64,000 nt of DNA from a virus: positions 9,943-73,942 of the IMG/VR virus record IMGVR_UViG_3300003583_000001; one strand, written 5' to 3'. Below the pieces are notes generated by a model, which made no database searches, was not told the origin of the DNA, and was given only the letters and a program-made list of their open reading frames with translations. This document shows, one piece after another, positions 34,504-44,535 of this stretch; positions within the stretch are counted from its first letter, which is position 1; each line of letters starts with the position of its first letter. Position numbers and translations under genes: made by a program.

Positions 34504-36294
34504 TCAACCCTCACAGGCAATACAATCTTCACCCATAGCAAGGGCAGTCATATCTAGTTCTTGAATAACTTGCCTTTCAATACGACGAGACACTTTGTCT
34601 GCTTTACCAATCTTTTCAGACCGGCAATAGTACATCGTTTTCAGACCCTTTTTCCACGCTAAGAAATGAACAGCGTGTAAGTATTTCACATTTGCGTCTG
34701 GCCGAAAGAATACGTTCAGAGACTGTGCTTGGTCAATAAACATCTGTCTATCAGCAGCGTGTTCGATAACCCAACGCTGGTCAATTTCCATTGCTGTCTT
34801 ATATATATCTTTCTCGTAATCAGAAAGAAACTTCACATGCTGTACAGAACCTTCGTGTGCAATTATCGATGACCAAACTCTATCATAGTTGATTGAAGGG
34901 TCTTCGTCAATCTTTTTCTTGATTAAAGCGTCAAGAAACTTATTTTTATTTAGAAATGAACCACTTAGTGTGTCTTGCCTGTATGCATTAGCTCTCCAAG
35001 GCTCGACAGAAGGAGATGTATTGCCCATAATGATGGAAGAAGATGCATTAGGAGCAACAGCCATAACGTGACTGCAACGACGACCAGTACCCTTAGCATC
35101 AGGTGCTTCTCCTCTGCTCTTACCCAGCTTCAAATTTGCTACGTCTAGGCCTTCTCTGATATGCTTGAAAATACGCATGTTGAGAGACTTAGCAACAGCA
35201 GATTCGAATGCAGTATTTCTCTTCTGAAGATATGCATGGAACCCAAGAGCGCCTACACCAACTGACCGTTCTCGCATAGCAGAGTATTTAGCTCTTGAAA
35301 CAAAATCAGGTGCATCATTGATAAACTTTTGTAAGACGTTATCAAGCATCTCTAGAACATCTTCTAGAAACTGTTCATTCTGAGACCATTCATCATAATG
35401 CTCCAAATTCAAAGACGATAAGCAGCAAACAGCAGTGCGGTCATTGTCTGTAGGTAGTGTAATCTCAGAGCAGAGATTTGATTGTCTAACCTTCAAACCC
35501 TTATCTTTGAGCCAAGATGGAAGATAGCGATTTGACGTATCAATATAGTGAATGTATGGCTCACCAGTTTGCATACGCATTTCAAGAATACGCTGCCACA
35601 ACTCACGAGCAGGCACAACTTCTCTAACTTCATCAGTCTCTGGTTCTTTGAGTTCCCAACTATCATCTGCGTTTGGATCAAGCATAGACTTCTCTACAAG
35701 ATTCATAAACTTGTCAGAGATATTGATGCCGTGATGAAGATTGAGACAACGAAAGTTCTGGTCGCCAGTAGGCTTTCTCATCTCAAGGAACAACAGAATA
35801 TCTGGATGGTCAATATCAAGATAAGCAGCATAAGAACCACGACGAGTCTTGCCCTGACGATACGCAAGAGAAGAAGCGTCATACATCTTTAGATGTGGGA
35901 GGACGCCCGTAGACTTATCACCAGCAGAACGAATGCCAAACCCAACACCCACGCCACCGCCAAGCATACTAAGCCAGTTAGTTTCAGAAAGCGTATCAAC
36001 TAATCCCTCCGCAGTATCTGGAATCCAATTCAAGTAGCATGAAATAGGTAATCCTTTCGATGATTTACCATAAGATAAAATAGGTGTAGAATAACTTAGC
36101 CAATGATTTGATGAGTATTCATATAGCCGTTGAGCATGTTCAGGATTCGAACCAAATGTTTTAGAAACAAAAGCAAATCGTTCTTGTGGGCTTAATTCAT
36201 CATCAGCCATGTATGACTCTTTAAGACGACGAATACCCAACTCATCAAATAGTTGGTCTTTATTTGGGCTAACTGTAATTCCCATATGTTCCAT
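34504..36294 (-). CDS. nrdA: ribonucleotide reductase class I alpha subunit (short, no apparent ATP cone)
   Basis: LPISCY, GGGVG, RRGSYAAY, QSNLCSEI, AVCCLSS, APNASSS, DQAQS, YYCR, C-terminal CIACEG. Confidence 0.97.
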   Translation of the reverse strand: MEHMGITVSPNKDQLFDELGIRRLKESYMADDELSPQERFAFVSKTFGSNPEHAQRLYEYSSNHWLSYSTPILSYGKSSKGLPISCYLNWIPDTAEGLVDTLSETNWLSMLGGGVGVGFGIRSAGDKSTGVLPHLKMYDASSLAYRQGKTRRGSYAAYLDIDHPDILLFLEMRKPTGDQNFRCLNLHHGINISDKFMNLVEKSMLDPNADDSWELKEPETDEVREVVPARELWQRILEMRMQTGEPYIHYIDTSNRYLPSWLKDKGLKVRQSNLCSEITLPTDNDRTAVCCLSSLNLEHYDEWSQNEQFLEDVLEMLDNVLQKFINDAPDFVSRAKYSAMRERSVGVGALGFHAYLQKRNTAFESAVAKSLNMRIFKHIREGLDVANLKLGKSRGEAPDAKGTGRRCSHVMAVAPNASSSIIMGNTSPSVEPWRANAYRQDTLSGSFLNKNKFLDALIKKKIDEDPSINYDRVWSSIIAHEGSVQHVKFLSDYEKDIYKTAMEIDQRWVIEHAADRQMFIDQAQSLNVFFRPDANVKYLHAVHFLAWKKGLKTMYYCRSEKIGKADKVSRRIERQVIQELDMTALAMGEDCIACEG

Positions 36295-36317
36295 TTTTTC
36301 CTATTCCTTTATGTCTT

Positions 36318-37334
36318 CTAGTTTGCTAGTTTATTTCTAAGTATTTGCAAATTATTACTTTCTGGCGCTTCTCGTAACAATCTAGCAAACTCCATCATCA
36401 TCAAATCTCCATCATTTTCAATTGGCGTCAAATCTCTATCATTTGCAGCATCAACAAACGACGAATTCGATTGTCCGACTTTTTGAAATTCTGTGTATCT
36501 CCACACAATGTCTTCAGCTTTATCACCAATAACATTTCGTATTTCATCTCTATTTGTAATTAAAAATGACGATTGGTATATTTTATGGTACAGTATAGCA
36601 TTTATTTGACTCGTAGTCAAGTTAAATTGTTTCATTGCCTCATCAGTAATGTCGTAAAAATATTGAAACCAAGACACATTCGAATGTAGTTTAATATCGA
36701 ATTCGTTTTGAATCATATATTTAATGGCAGGGTGATTGATGTTATTTTTAATAGTTTTAAATACAAGAACAAGTCGAAGATCATTACACATTCTAGATAA
36801 TGGTCTAGCACCATGCAGAGCATTCGAATCGAATATAAACAGTCGCCCACATTTCGGCAAAATTGAATAATCGATATCCTTCGTATCACGATTAATGATT
36901 ACAGTTTCGCCGCCCCATTGATAGTTCCATTGCGTATTTAAATAAACCATACATGTTTCAGATGGCTCATGATATTCCCGTCCTATCCACGGGTCATCTG
37001 TATGGATATATCCATCAGTGCCATATGTATATCCATTAAAATATAGTCTATTGACGCCCGTATTGTCACCGTCGGGTAGATGTGGTTTTATGTTTTCCCA
37101 TATATCAAATAAGTCTGAATAAGTATCCTTGTAATAACTTAGCTTAGATATATCATACGGAAGATATCTAGATATGTTCTTAGAACGATTATCTGGACTA
37201 CAGTTCCAATGTCCATGTGAGTCGACAGAATTATTTGCTTTCCATCCATATTTCATACCTTGTAATGGATACTTGTTTCTTATATATCTAACACTATGAT
37301 CGTCGATAAAGTTATCTATAGTTTTATACAACAT
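36318..37334 (-). CDS. 2OG-Fe(II) oxygenase (prolyl-hydroxylase-like) fused to a degenerate copy of the neighbour's helical domain
   Basis: HTD...YLN..W...WGGET...GRL.IFD...H.....R; C-terminal H....../..LYH.IY...R.EI..VIG..AE.IV. Confidence 0.85.
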   Translation of the reverse strand: MLYKTIDNFIDDHSVRYIRNKYPLQGMKYGWKANNSVDSHGHWNCSPDNRSKNISRYLPYDISKLSYYKDTYSDLFDIWENIKPHLPDGDNTGVNRLYFNGYTYGTDGYIHTDDPWIGREYHEPSETCMVYLNTQWNYQWGGETVIINRDTKDIDYSILPKCGRLFIFDSNALHGARPLSRMCNDLRLVLVFKTIKNNINHPAIKYMIQNEFDIKLHSNVSWFQYFYDITDEAMKQFNLTTSQINAILYHKIYQSSFLITNRDEIRNVIGDKAEDIVWRYTEFQKVGQSNSSFVDAANDRDLTPIENDGDLMMMEFARLLREAPESNNLQILRNKLAN

Positions 37335-37791
37335 TCAATATTACCCCCAATTTGTTAATGTTTTCGCTAGATAAGTCAAAACCATTAACGATTGTATCAC
37401 TTCTCATAGAAGGCCTTTGCTCTAAGAGGTTAGCAAACTCTATCCATCTTAGTTGTGTAATCCATGGGTCAGATAAAACATTATTATTAATAATAGAATT
37501 TATCCTATCTTTCTTTTTACAAAATATATTAACAAGAACTTCAGCCTCGATACCAATTATACTCTGAATTTCTTCTCTCTCTACTAAAAATGATTTGGAA
37601 TCTTTGTAATAAGTAGTACCGTAAATAGAATGAAAGAGTCCTGCTTTTAGTTCAACAGCAGGACGACCAAAATTATTCAAAATATTAGAGGTGCCAATCA
37701 AATGTTCTAATAGTGTTCTTTTAGAATGCCGCAATTTATCAGCACCAATTGAACAAAGATAATTAATTGGTCTTTCTAACTCTTCTATCAT
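37324..37791 (-). CDS. His-rich HD-like helical protein (DUF6817-like)
   Basis: HSKRTLLEHLIGT..IL...AGLFHSIYGT...R.EI..IIG.EAE.LV..FC...EFAN.LEQ. Confidence 0.75.
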   Translation of the reverse strand: MIEELERPINYLCSIGADKLRHSKRTLLEHLIGTSNILNNFGRPAVELKAGLFHSIYGTTYYKDSKSFLVEREEIQSIIGIEAEVLVNIFCKKKDRINSIINNNVLSDPWITQLRWIEFANLLEQRPSMRSDTIVNGFDLSSENINKLGVILNVV

Positions 37792-38837
37792 ACTTTTTTC
37801 CACGTGATTAATTCCATTTCTGCTTCAAGACCGCTATATGAACTACTATCTATAATGAGTTGAATGTCAGCAGATTTCATCCCGCTGATTATCATATCAT
37901 TTATATCTTTGCCTGGAGTGTCTGGCCAGAAGCATACTTTATATCCCTCTTTAACACACTTCTCCATCTTCTCAACGATTTGCTTATTTCTCGGTTCATT
38001 GTCAAATACGATAGTAGCATTCTCAGTACGCATCAAACTCTTGAACGACGCACCAGCCATCGCAATAGAATTATCAAGGAACAAACTATCGATTGGTCCC
38101 TCAACGACTGTATATTTACTATTATAGTCTAAATCTTGTAGCCCGTATACCTTTTCTTTGTCTTCATCTAGCATTATAGTTATATATCTAAGCTGGTCTT
38201 TATCGAACGCTCGACCTTGAAATCCAAACACCTCTCCTCTAGCATCTATAAATGGTAGTACAAGTCGAGAGTGTTCTTTCATCTCTAGTTTGCCTGGTAC
38301 TAGAGAGTTGACGTACTCAACAAACTTGGAAGCGTAGTATAATTTATAATGTTTATTTGTGGGGATTTTTCGTGATTCAGCATACACTCGTGCCTTGTGA
38401 TTAGGCATGAGTTGAGAAATCTTTTTGATTTTGAGGAGAGGAGAACCACGCTTGCGAAACTTCGGTGTCTTGAAGTTTAGTGCTGTAGGCTCTTTCTTCT
38501 TAGTTGATAGCTTCTCTAGACCATGCTCAGAAACATAGTCGTTGTATAGCATAGGGTCAACCAACTTTAGAAAGTGCCTAAGATTATGACTCGCATTGCA
38601 ATTATGACAATAGAACACAGTCAATTCATGACTCTTTTCGAGTATCCACCCACGAGCCTTCGTCTTCGATTTTTGGGAATCACCACAGATAGGGCAACGA
38701 CAGTTGACCCTGTATGGGTGCATAGACTTTACGCTAAATCTCTCTAGTCTATTTGACAAGAGATTAGCAAACTTCATATCAATAGGATTCAATAACTTAT
38801 TCCTTACATCAACAGCGATAAAGCTATTATACAGCAT
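37788..38837 (-). CDS. 61: DNA primase (T4 gp61)
   Basis: NCRCPICGDSQK...CHNC, GFQGR, YITI, VEGPIDSLF, DNEPRN, KDINDM. True start probably downstream of the TTGACT-17-TATAAT promoter at 38826-38854. Confidence 0.96.
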   Translation of the reverse strand: MLYNSFIAVDVRNKLLNPIDMKFANLLSNRLERFSVKSMHPYRVNCRCPICGDSQKSKTKARGWILEKSHELTVFYCHNCNASHNLRHFLKLVDPMLYNDYVSEHGLEKLSTKKKEPTALNFKTPKFRKRGSPLLKIKKISQLMPNHKARVYAESRKIPTNKHYKLYYASKFVEYVNSLVPGKLEMKEHSRLVLPFIDARGEVFGFQGRAFDKDQLRYITIMLDEDKEKVYGLQDLDYNSKYTVVEGPIDSLFLDNSIAMAGASFKSLMRTENATIVFDNEPRNKQIVEKMEKCVKEGYKVCFWPDTPGKDINDMIISGMKSADIQLIIDSSSYSGLEAEMELITWKKV

Positions 38838-38854
38838 ATGTAGGAAAAGTCAAC

Positions 38855-39271
38855 CTAAAATATGGCAGAAATATCAACCTTGGACATTAAAAATCCTATA
38901 GCAGCGGCAGAGGCGATTACGCCATACTTCCACTTTTCAAGCATGATGATACGTTTCTCGTGCTTTTCGAACATTAATCTTACAACTTTAAACTCTGCTA
39001 CAATCGAGTCGTAGTTGCGCTCCATCGTATGATTGAGGTCATCACGAAGTTCAGAAATTCTCTTATGAGTTATACTGATGCTTTCGTCTTGATTTTCAAT
39101 ACGAGTTTCATGCACCGCCAGCAACTTTGAAATATGACCAGATACCTCAGCCATTTTTTCAATTGCTCTATCTAGTCTATCAACTAGAAGTCTGTTGGTC
39201 TCAACTGTAGTTTTGATGTCACTCACTTCATTTTGAAGTTTGCTCAGTTGGTTCTGATTCTGATCCGTCAT
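38855..39271 (-). CDS. coiled-coil protein with C-terminal TM helix (holin candidate)
   Basis: LLAVHE.RI...LEKWKY followed by a hydrophobic tail; follows the spanin pair. Confidence 0.55.
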   Translation of the reverse strand: MTDQNQNQLSKLQNEVSDIKTTVETNRLLVDRLDRAIEKMAEVSGHISKLLAVHETRIENQDESISITHKRISELRDDLNHTMERNYDSIVAEFKVVRLMFEKHEKRIIMLEKWKYGVIASAAAIGFLMSKVDISAIF

Positions 39272-39641
39272 CTGCTGGTTTAATCGCTTTCTCGTAATAG
39301 AGGATAACTTCCCTTTGTTGGCGAATATATCGTTCCAACTCAGATACGTTTAGTGCTAAGTTTTGATATCCACGAATAGAAAATGCAACAATAGCGAGTT
39401 GACCGTTTTCGTCTCTAAACTCTTCTAAGAACTCATCGATGTTCTTTTCGCTTACAACTCGAATATCAACGTCATACAGTTCAATTGGTTTTGGCGGGGC
39501 CGCTTCCTGAATCTGTTTTGACTGGTACTCCGTCTGCGTTACTATCTTTGCTGGCAGCGGCTTTCTCCCGCTGGAGCATCCGCTGGCGAGCATCGTTACC
39601 GCTAAGAGACTCAATACGAGCCCAAACTTTTGTAGTTGCAT
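39228..39641 (-). CDS. outer-membrane lipoprotein spanin (o-spanin, Rz1-like)
   Basis: Lipobox ASGC, Pro-rich segment, Y.NLALN..EL.RYI.QQ...I.YY; overlaps the upstream gene. Confidence 0.75.
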   Translation of the reverse strand: MQLQKFGLVLSLLAVTMLASGCSSGRKPLPAKIVTQTEYQSKQIQEAAPPKPIELYDVDIRVVSEKNIDEFLEEFRDENGQLAIVAFSIRGYQNLALNVSELERYIRQQREVILYYEKAIKPADDGSESEPTEQTSK

Positions 39642-39969
39642 TTTTCATCCTCTCTTCAAGATTCTGTGGGTCTTTCAGCGCATCTTTCGATAGGTCACGC
39701 TTCGATAGAACCTTTCGCAGCTTGTCTTGCTGCTCAGTTGCTTTTGTGAGATTGCTTTGAAGTTCTTTGTTTAGTGCTTGTTGCTGTTGAATATCAGAAT
39801 TCATCTGTTTGATTGTCGCTTGAGAGGTTTCAACAGCCTGTTCTAGCTTCGCTTGGTTCTCAGCATAGATAGCAAGGCGCTCTTGCGTGTCCTCATAATA
39901 CATGAAACCACCGTAACCGATACCACCTAGAACACCCATAAGAACAAAGATTAAAATGAAGATAGGCAT
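39481..39969 (-). CDS. inner-membrane spanin (i-spanin, Rz-like)
   Basis: N-terminal TM helix, then a long periplasmic coiled coil; its 3' end overlaps the lipoprotein gene by about 160 bp. Confidence 0.72.
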   Translation of the reverse strand: MPIFILIFVLMGVLGGIGYGGFMYYEDTQERLAIYAENQAKLEQAVETSQATIKQMNSDIQQQQALNKELQSNLTKATEQQDKLRKVLSKRDLSKDALKDPQNLEERMKNATTKVWARIESLSGNDARQRMLQREKAAASKDSNADGVPVKTDSGSGPAKTN

Positions 39970-40457
39970 TATTTAACTCCTTCAAGCTCTTTTCGCTTCA
40001 ACAGCTTCTTCTGTGATTTCTTAGATACTACTGGATCATCAGGTGGCAATCCAGCGACATTACCACCACCAGCAGCATTAGCAATCTCTTCAAAGCGAAG
40101 ATTGATATCATTGTTCTCTGAGAGTGTTGTGTAGTGCCTCATGAATCCTTCTCGAAGAACCTCATTGGAAGTTTCTTCAGTGTAGTCCTTACCTTCTTTG
40201 ACAAGATACAAAGCAGCCGCATACGAACCCAATCTTGTTTTACCGCCAGGAATCTTCTCGACTAATCTCTTTAGATTTAAAATCATTAAATCGTATAGAC
40301 CAAACGCATCTCGTTCTTTAATTGTACGCAAGTCTTTTCTGCTCTTTAGAATATTACCACGCTCATCAATTATTCCACGTTTGTACGCTTCCCACTCATT
40401 GAAAGGAGTGGCAAGTCGTTTAACCATGTTGTATACGAGGAATAAATCGACAATCAT
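39969..40457 (-). CDS. conserved T4-like phage hypothetical protein
   Basis: D....Y..VKRLATPF..W.AYK.GIID..G...NLKRL...S.AAAL.L.KE. Confidence 0.8.
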   Translation of the reverse strand: MIVDLFLVYNMVKRLATPFNEWEAYKRGIIDERGNILKSRKDLRTIKERDAFGLYDLMILNLKRLVEKIPGGKTRLGSYAAALYLVKEGKDYTEETSNEVLREGFMRHYTTLSENNDINLRFEEIANAAGGGNVAGLPPDDPVVSKKSQKKLLKRKELEGVK

Positions 40458-40831
40458 TAGATGTTCCTAATCTTCTCTATTACATTTGAATCCATACCAA
40501 TGTCTGTACTTAATACACGCTTCTTATTATATACCACAAAATCTGGCATAAAATTAAGTTTCAGGAGGAACGGCTTTAGAACTTTTGAATGTTCTTCTAG
40601 CTTTAAAAATAAGATATTAGTTGCTGCTAAACCAAAACAGTTATAGAGAACTATAATATGATTGAGTATTAGCCGTTCCTTTAACTCGCCTGAACCTTCA
40701 TAACGATTGAAGAGTCGCTTGAGATACTGTATACGTTTCAGATCATCCTCGAACTCTTCATAGCTTGAACACTGTGGGTTATCATAGTGCTTTGACGCAT
40801 AAATTAAAAAAGTTTGTTCAGTTAATTCCAT
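40457..40831 (-). CDS. conserved T4-like phage hypothetical protein
   Basis: L....F..YA.K.YDNPQC...EF.DDL.R..YLKRL...ERLILNHII.LYN.FG. Confidence 0.8.
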   Translation of the reverse strand: MELTEQTFLIYASKHYDNPQCSSYEEFEDDLKRIQYLKRLFNRYEGSGELKERLILNHIIVLYNCFGLAATNILFLKLEEHSKVLKPFLLKLNFMPDFVVYNKKRVLSTDIGMDSNVIEKIRNI

Positions 40832-40856
40832 GATAAATCCACAGTGTTACAAAAAA

Positions 40857-41432
40857 TTAAGATACGGTAATTGTACCTGCTGCTGTTCCGATAGCACTTG
40901 AGTTAGTGATAGTGGAAACAGTAGAAGTACCAGCATCCTTGATAGTACCACTATTTAGAGCAGTAGCGTTAGCGCCGATAGACACTACGTCTGTTGCAAG
41001 TAGTTCGCCTGATGACCATGTATGCGTAAATACAAGTTCGTTTGTACCTGTACCAGAAGCATATGGCAGAACGATATTAACACTGGTGCTTGTACCAGCG
41101 CTATCATTCGTTACAGTTAGCTGTGGTGTACCACTAGTGGTATCAACATCAACTGCTTCGTTGAAACGAACACGAACTGAGAGAGGAGCAGCAGTAGCTG
41201 CTGCAATTGCAGTTGTGATGAATTCGATTTCAGTAATATCAGCAGCACCAATGCCAACAGCTTGAGCGCCGATAGCAACTAGAACTTCTGGTTGGGCGCT
41301 TGCATTGCCGTTACCAGAAAGACCAGGCTCTGCGACCCAACCAGCGGATGTAGCATAGACCTGCTTCTTCTGTGCGTCTGTTAAATACTTTGGTTTTGCT
41401 TCGTCAGCATCTGATGTACCCCAGAGTGCCAT
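40857..41432 (-). CDS. putative virion structural / decoration protein (Ig-like, T/S/A/G-rich)
   Basis: MALWG..D...KP..L; V.FNEAVDV....P.L; Y.SGTGTNELVF. Confidence 0.65.
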   Translation of the reverse strand: MALWGTSDADEAKPKYLTDAQKKQVYATSAGWVAEPGLSGNGNASAQPEVLVAIGAQAVGIGAADITEIEFITTAIAAATAAPLSVRVRFNEAVDVDTTSGTPQLTVTNDSAGTSTSVNIVLPYASGTGTNELVFTHTWSSGELLATDVVSIGANATALNSGTIKDAGTSTVSTITNSSAIGTAAGTITVS

Positions 41433-41460
41433 GGCGTATCTCCTTCTTGAGTTTGTGTAA

Positions 41461-41661
41461 TTACTTTTTAGCTTCTTTTTTAGCGATAGCCTTACCGATT
41501 GCCTTACGGCGCATTTTAAGATACTTATCAGAATCGTCTACGTCACCATCATTATCGATATCAGCATCTGCTTTTCCAACAGGGTCCATACCATCACCGT
41601 CATCAGTCTTTTTACTGACCTTTGCAAATTTCTCTAAAAGTTCTAAAGCGTCTTCAACCAT
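41461..41661 (-). CDS. small protein with Ca-binding-like DxDxDG loop
   Basis: DPVG..DADIDNDGDVDDSDKYL..RRKAI; late promoter TATAAATA at 41752-41759. Confidence 0.7.
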   Translation of the reverse strand: MVEDALELLEKFAKVSKKTDDGDGMDPVGKADADIDNDGDVDDSDKYLKMRRKAIGKAIAKKEAKK

Positions 41662-41923
41662 CTGAATATTCCTTTATCTTAATTTTTAATTTGTTCTTAC
41701 CTTTATGAAGACGATGAAACGTTTCTTTAGGTATGAATATTGTATTTGAACTATTTATACTAAATGGTAAGTCGTTGTCGTATTGAAACATCCAACCATC
41801 ACCTTCAATAACTTCTACAAGTCTATCTGTCTCATCACGGTGCCATTCAAGTTCAGTCGTATCATCGTCGAACTCACGAATCCAAACACCACCTTCTTTT
41901 TCATAATCTATATAAGGCTTCAT
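41654..41923 (-). CDS. cupin-fold protein
   Basis: WHRD..DR.V....G.GW..Q.DN..P......IPK...HR..KG. Confidence 0.75.
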   Translation of the reverse strand: MKPYIDYEKEGGVWIREFDDDTTELEWHRDETDRLVEVIEGDGWMFQYDNDLPFSINSSNTIFIPKETFHRLHKGKNKLKIKIKEYSDG

Positions 41924-41926
41924 ATT

Positions 41927-42463
41927 TTACCACCAAGAGCTAGGGTTATCAACTTGCATACCAAGCATCTTAGCGTATCGTGGTAGACGACACGCCCAAT
42001 AAGATGGCTTTGTTTTATCGTTTCTTGTATCACATTTATGTCTTGCAGCGAATGACTTTCTAGCAGCAACGTCATTGATCTTAGCTTTAAGACCCGTTGT
42101 ATCACCCCAAGTAACTTTCTTTACATTGCCTGTAGACGGGTCTTTGACATACACATAGAACTTCTTTGGACCACCACGCTTTGGCTTATTGAGTTCTGGT
42201 TCATCTTCTTCGACAAGCGGGCAATCAAGAGGAACTTCTTCCCCTTGATAGTCAGCCATCTCGCCAAGATTGGTCTCTAGAATTTGAGCATCAAGCGGAG
42301 ACACATTCAATTTACCATCTTTATAGTATTGTCTTGCTTCACGAAAGAATTCAAAATAGCTTTCTGAAAGCGGACGATACACATTATCTACAAGTGGAAT
42401 ATCATTTGCCTCCATAAACCACATAGCTTTTTCTACATCCGCATGTTGCTCAAACTTCATCAT
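41927..42463 (-). CDS. conserved phage hypothetical protein
   Basis: LNKPKRGG.KKF.VYV.....NVKKV..GD...RKSF.ARH.C...YWAC. Confidence 0.8.
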   Translation of the reverse strand: MMKFEQHADVEKAMWFMEANDIPLVDNVYRPLSESYFEFFREARQYYKDGKLNVSPLDAQILETNLGEMADYQGEEVPLDCPLVEEDEPELNKPKRGGPKKFYVYVKDPSTGNVKKVTWGDTTGLKAKINDVAARKSFAARHKCDTRNDKTKPSYWACRLPRYAKMLGMQVDNPSSWW

Positions 42464-44535
42464 TGGCCGGGTGTGTCCTTCTTATACTTAGCGTTCAACT
42501 CATCTGTACCCTCTTCACCTGCACCATATTCTTCATCAACCATTTTAGCAAGCGTTCTTGCGTCAAGTTTGAGACTATTCATGCGAATGACTTCTGCTGC
42601 CCAATAACCCACACTATGAGTCTTGTCTTTAGCTCTTTCTTTTTTAACTAATTCGACAGCTTTTTTATATTTATCTTTGTTCAACATAAGTCCTAATTTA
42701 GACTCGTCTACATCTGAAGATTCTACGACTGATGGAACGAATCCATCCTTTGCTGTTTGTTCCGAGAATTTATTAGCAAACATTGTATCGTTAAGCATAT
42801 CAGTAAACGATTCGTTCACATCATCTGTTGTGGTATCACATTGACCACAGCATTCCGGTGTTCCACAGTTATCATGAACAATTTCTTCACTACGAACTTT
42901 AGCGGCTAGGTCAGCGTCAGCTTTACCCCATGTACCCTTTCCTTTTGTAATGAAAGAGTTTACACGAGCATACGCCCACTGCTCTTGACCAGCGCCTGGG
43001 CGATGACCAGTTCTCCAAGCAGCCATACCTCTATCATAGACCTTCTTTAGAATGCCATAGGAGATACCAGACTTTTCAGATTTTTTTTTTAATCCCTCAA
43101 GAGATTTTTCTACAATCACTTCTTCGAACATCTCGTTCAAAACATCATTGAGCATATAGTCAACTTCTTCGATGAAACCCTTCTCATCAAGTTCAACTGG
43201 CTTTGCCATGTTGACTCTATAACGCTTGAAACGTTGGTCATGCTTGACTGTGCTTTCTTTGCCAAACATCTGATGATAGCGCTTTGTATGCGTTGAAGTC
43301 TTTGTTACAGCATCAGAGTCGCCTGCGTGTTTGTCTGGATAAGCAGATGCATCATCGCTATCTTTCTCTGCTGCTTTGCTAAACTGAGCATCACGCTTTT
43401 GCTTTGTAGATTTAGCAAGACCACTATGATACTTAGCGGGCTGAGAACCCTTCTTATCACCAATATCTTTATCTTCTCTTTCAAAAAGATTTTCAAACTC
43501 TTCATTGACGCTTTCTTCAGCTGGGCCTTGTCTAACCTTTGCAAGTCTTTCTTTCTCAGCTTTCTTTACTCCTTGGAATTGCTTTTTAGCAATCTTTGCA
43601 ATAGCACCTTTCTTTTTTTCAACCTTCTTGTCAATCGCCATCTTTTCTGATGGACCGAGGTTTTTATAATCTAAACCTTTGGCACCAGCAACTTTCTTTC
43701 TGATGATCTCAATTGCTTTTTTACGAGAACGAAGTTTCAACTTCTCAGGTGATGCCATCTTCTTTGCAGCAATCTTACGACCACGCATAATCTTAGCTTT
43801 GGCTTTCTTGAAAGACATTGCTCTCTTTTTACGATCAGCGACACTGAGAACAGCTTCGAACATCAAGTCTTCGCCAAGCTCTTGTTCCATCTCTTCAGCA
43901 ATCTTCATACCATCTCTGACTGCTTGGTACACCTTACTTGCAGAACTCTGTAGCTTCTTAGGAAGACCAGACTTGAACGCTTTCTCATCACCCGCAGAAG
44001 CAGCGGCTCGCATCTTAGACGCTGACATGCCAGCAGCGCCTTCAGCATCTGGATCACGTTCGCCAGCAGATACGACTTCAATAGAGTCGAATGTGTAGTC
44101 TTTACCGTTGTATTTGTTGAGTAGGGTTTTAAACTCTTCAACTCTGTCTGAACCAGCAATCATAATCAGTTTTGTATGACCCATGTCTTCTAGCTCTTTA
44201 GCAACCTGCATAAGCGTTTTTGAGCGAGACTTTGTGACCATATTACCAAATGCTTTCTTTGCGAGAGCAATCTTAGTAGCATATGGTAGTGGGTTCTTCT
44301 TTGAGTCGTATGATTGTGAGAGATAGAGGTGTGACATCGCATTGTTCTGTTTTGCGACTGCGTTGATCTTGTCAACGAGTTTTTCATGCCCAATCGTGGG
44401 AGGATTCATCCTTCCAAACGAGAATACCGCTGTTGGTGATACGGCCTCTTCTAACGATGGATTGATATCAATCGTATTCTTTACGACAGCATCGTTCTTC
44501 TTCTTGTCCTTTTTGGACTTCTTTTCGTCTTCCAT
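42460..44535 (-). CDS. multidomain protein with N-terminal cytidylyltransferase-like (HIGH-family) domain
   Basis: FGRMNPPTIGH, KNPL, AGSDRV, SAG.RDPD...MSASKMR; later L..K..KSG.....L.KVY.RG..AW...QWA.ARV.SF domain. Confidence 0.85.
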   Translation of the reverse strand: MEDEKKSKKDKKKNDAVVKNTIDINPSLEEAVSPTAVFSFGRMNPPTIGHEKLVDKINAVAKQNNAMSHLYLSQSYDSKKNPLPYATKIALAKKAFGNMVTKSRSKTLMQVAKELEDMGHTKLIMIAGSDRVEEFKTLLNKYNGKDYTFDSIEVVSAGERDPDAEGAAGMSASKMRAAASAGDEKAFKSGLPKKLQSSASKVYQAVRDGMKIAEEMEQELGEDLMFEAVLSVADRKKRAMSFKKAKAKIMRGRKIAAKKMASPEKLKLRSRKKAIEIIRKKVAGAKGLDYKNLGPSEKMAIDKKVEKKKGAIAKIAKKQFQGVKKAEKERLAKVRQGPAEESVNEEFENLFEREDKDIGDKKGSQPAKYHSGLAKSTKQKRDAQFSKAAEKDSDDASAYPDKHAGDSDAVTKTSTHTKRYHQMFGKESTVKHDQRFKRYRVNMAKPVELDEKGFIEEVDYMLNDVLNEMFEEVIVEKSLEGLKKKSEKSGISYGILKKVYDRGMAAWRTGHRPGAGQEQWAYARVNSFITKGKGTWGKADADLAAKVRSEEIVHDNCGTPECCGQCDTTTDDVNESFTDMLNDTMFANKFSEQTAKDGFVPSVVESSDVDESKLGLMLNKDKYKKAVELVKKERAKDKTHSVGYWAAEVIRMNSLKLDARTLAKMVDEEYGAGEEGTDELNAKYKKDTPGQ

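Noticed and set aside
32473-36294. Introns or inteins in nrdA, nrdB, thyX, gp41 or uvsX
   Set aside because: All are uninterrupted and of normal or short length, with no intein or intron signatures seen.
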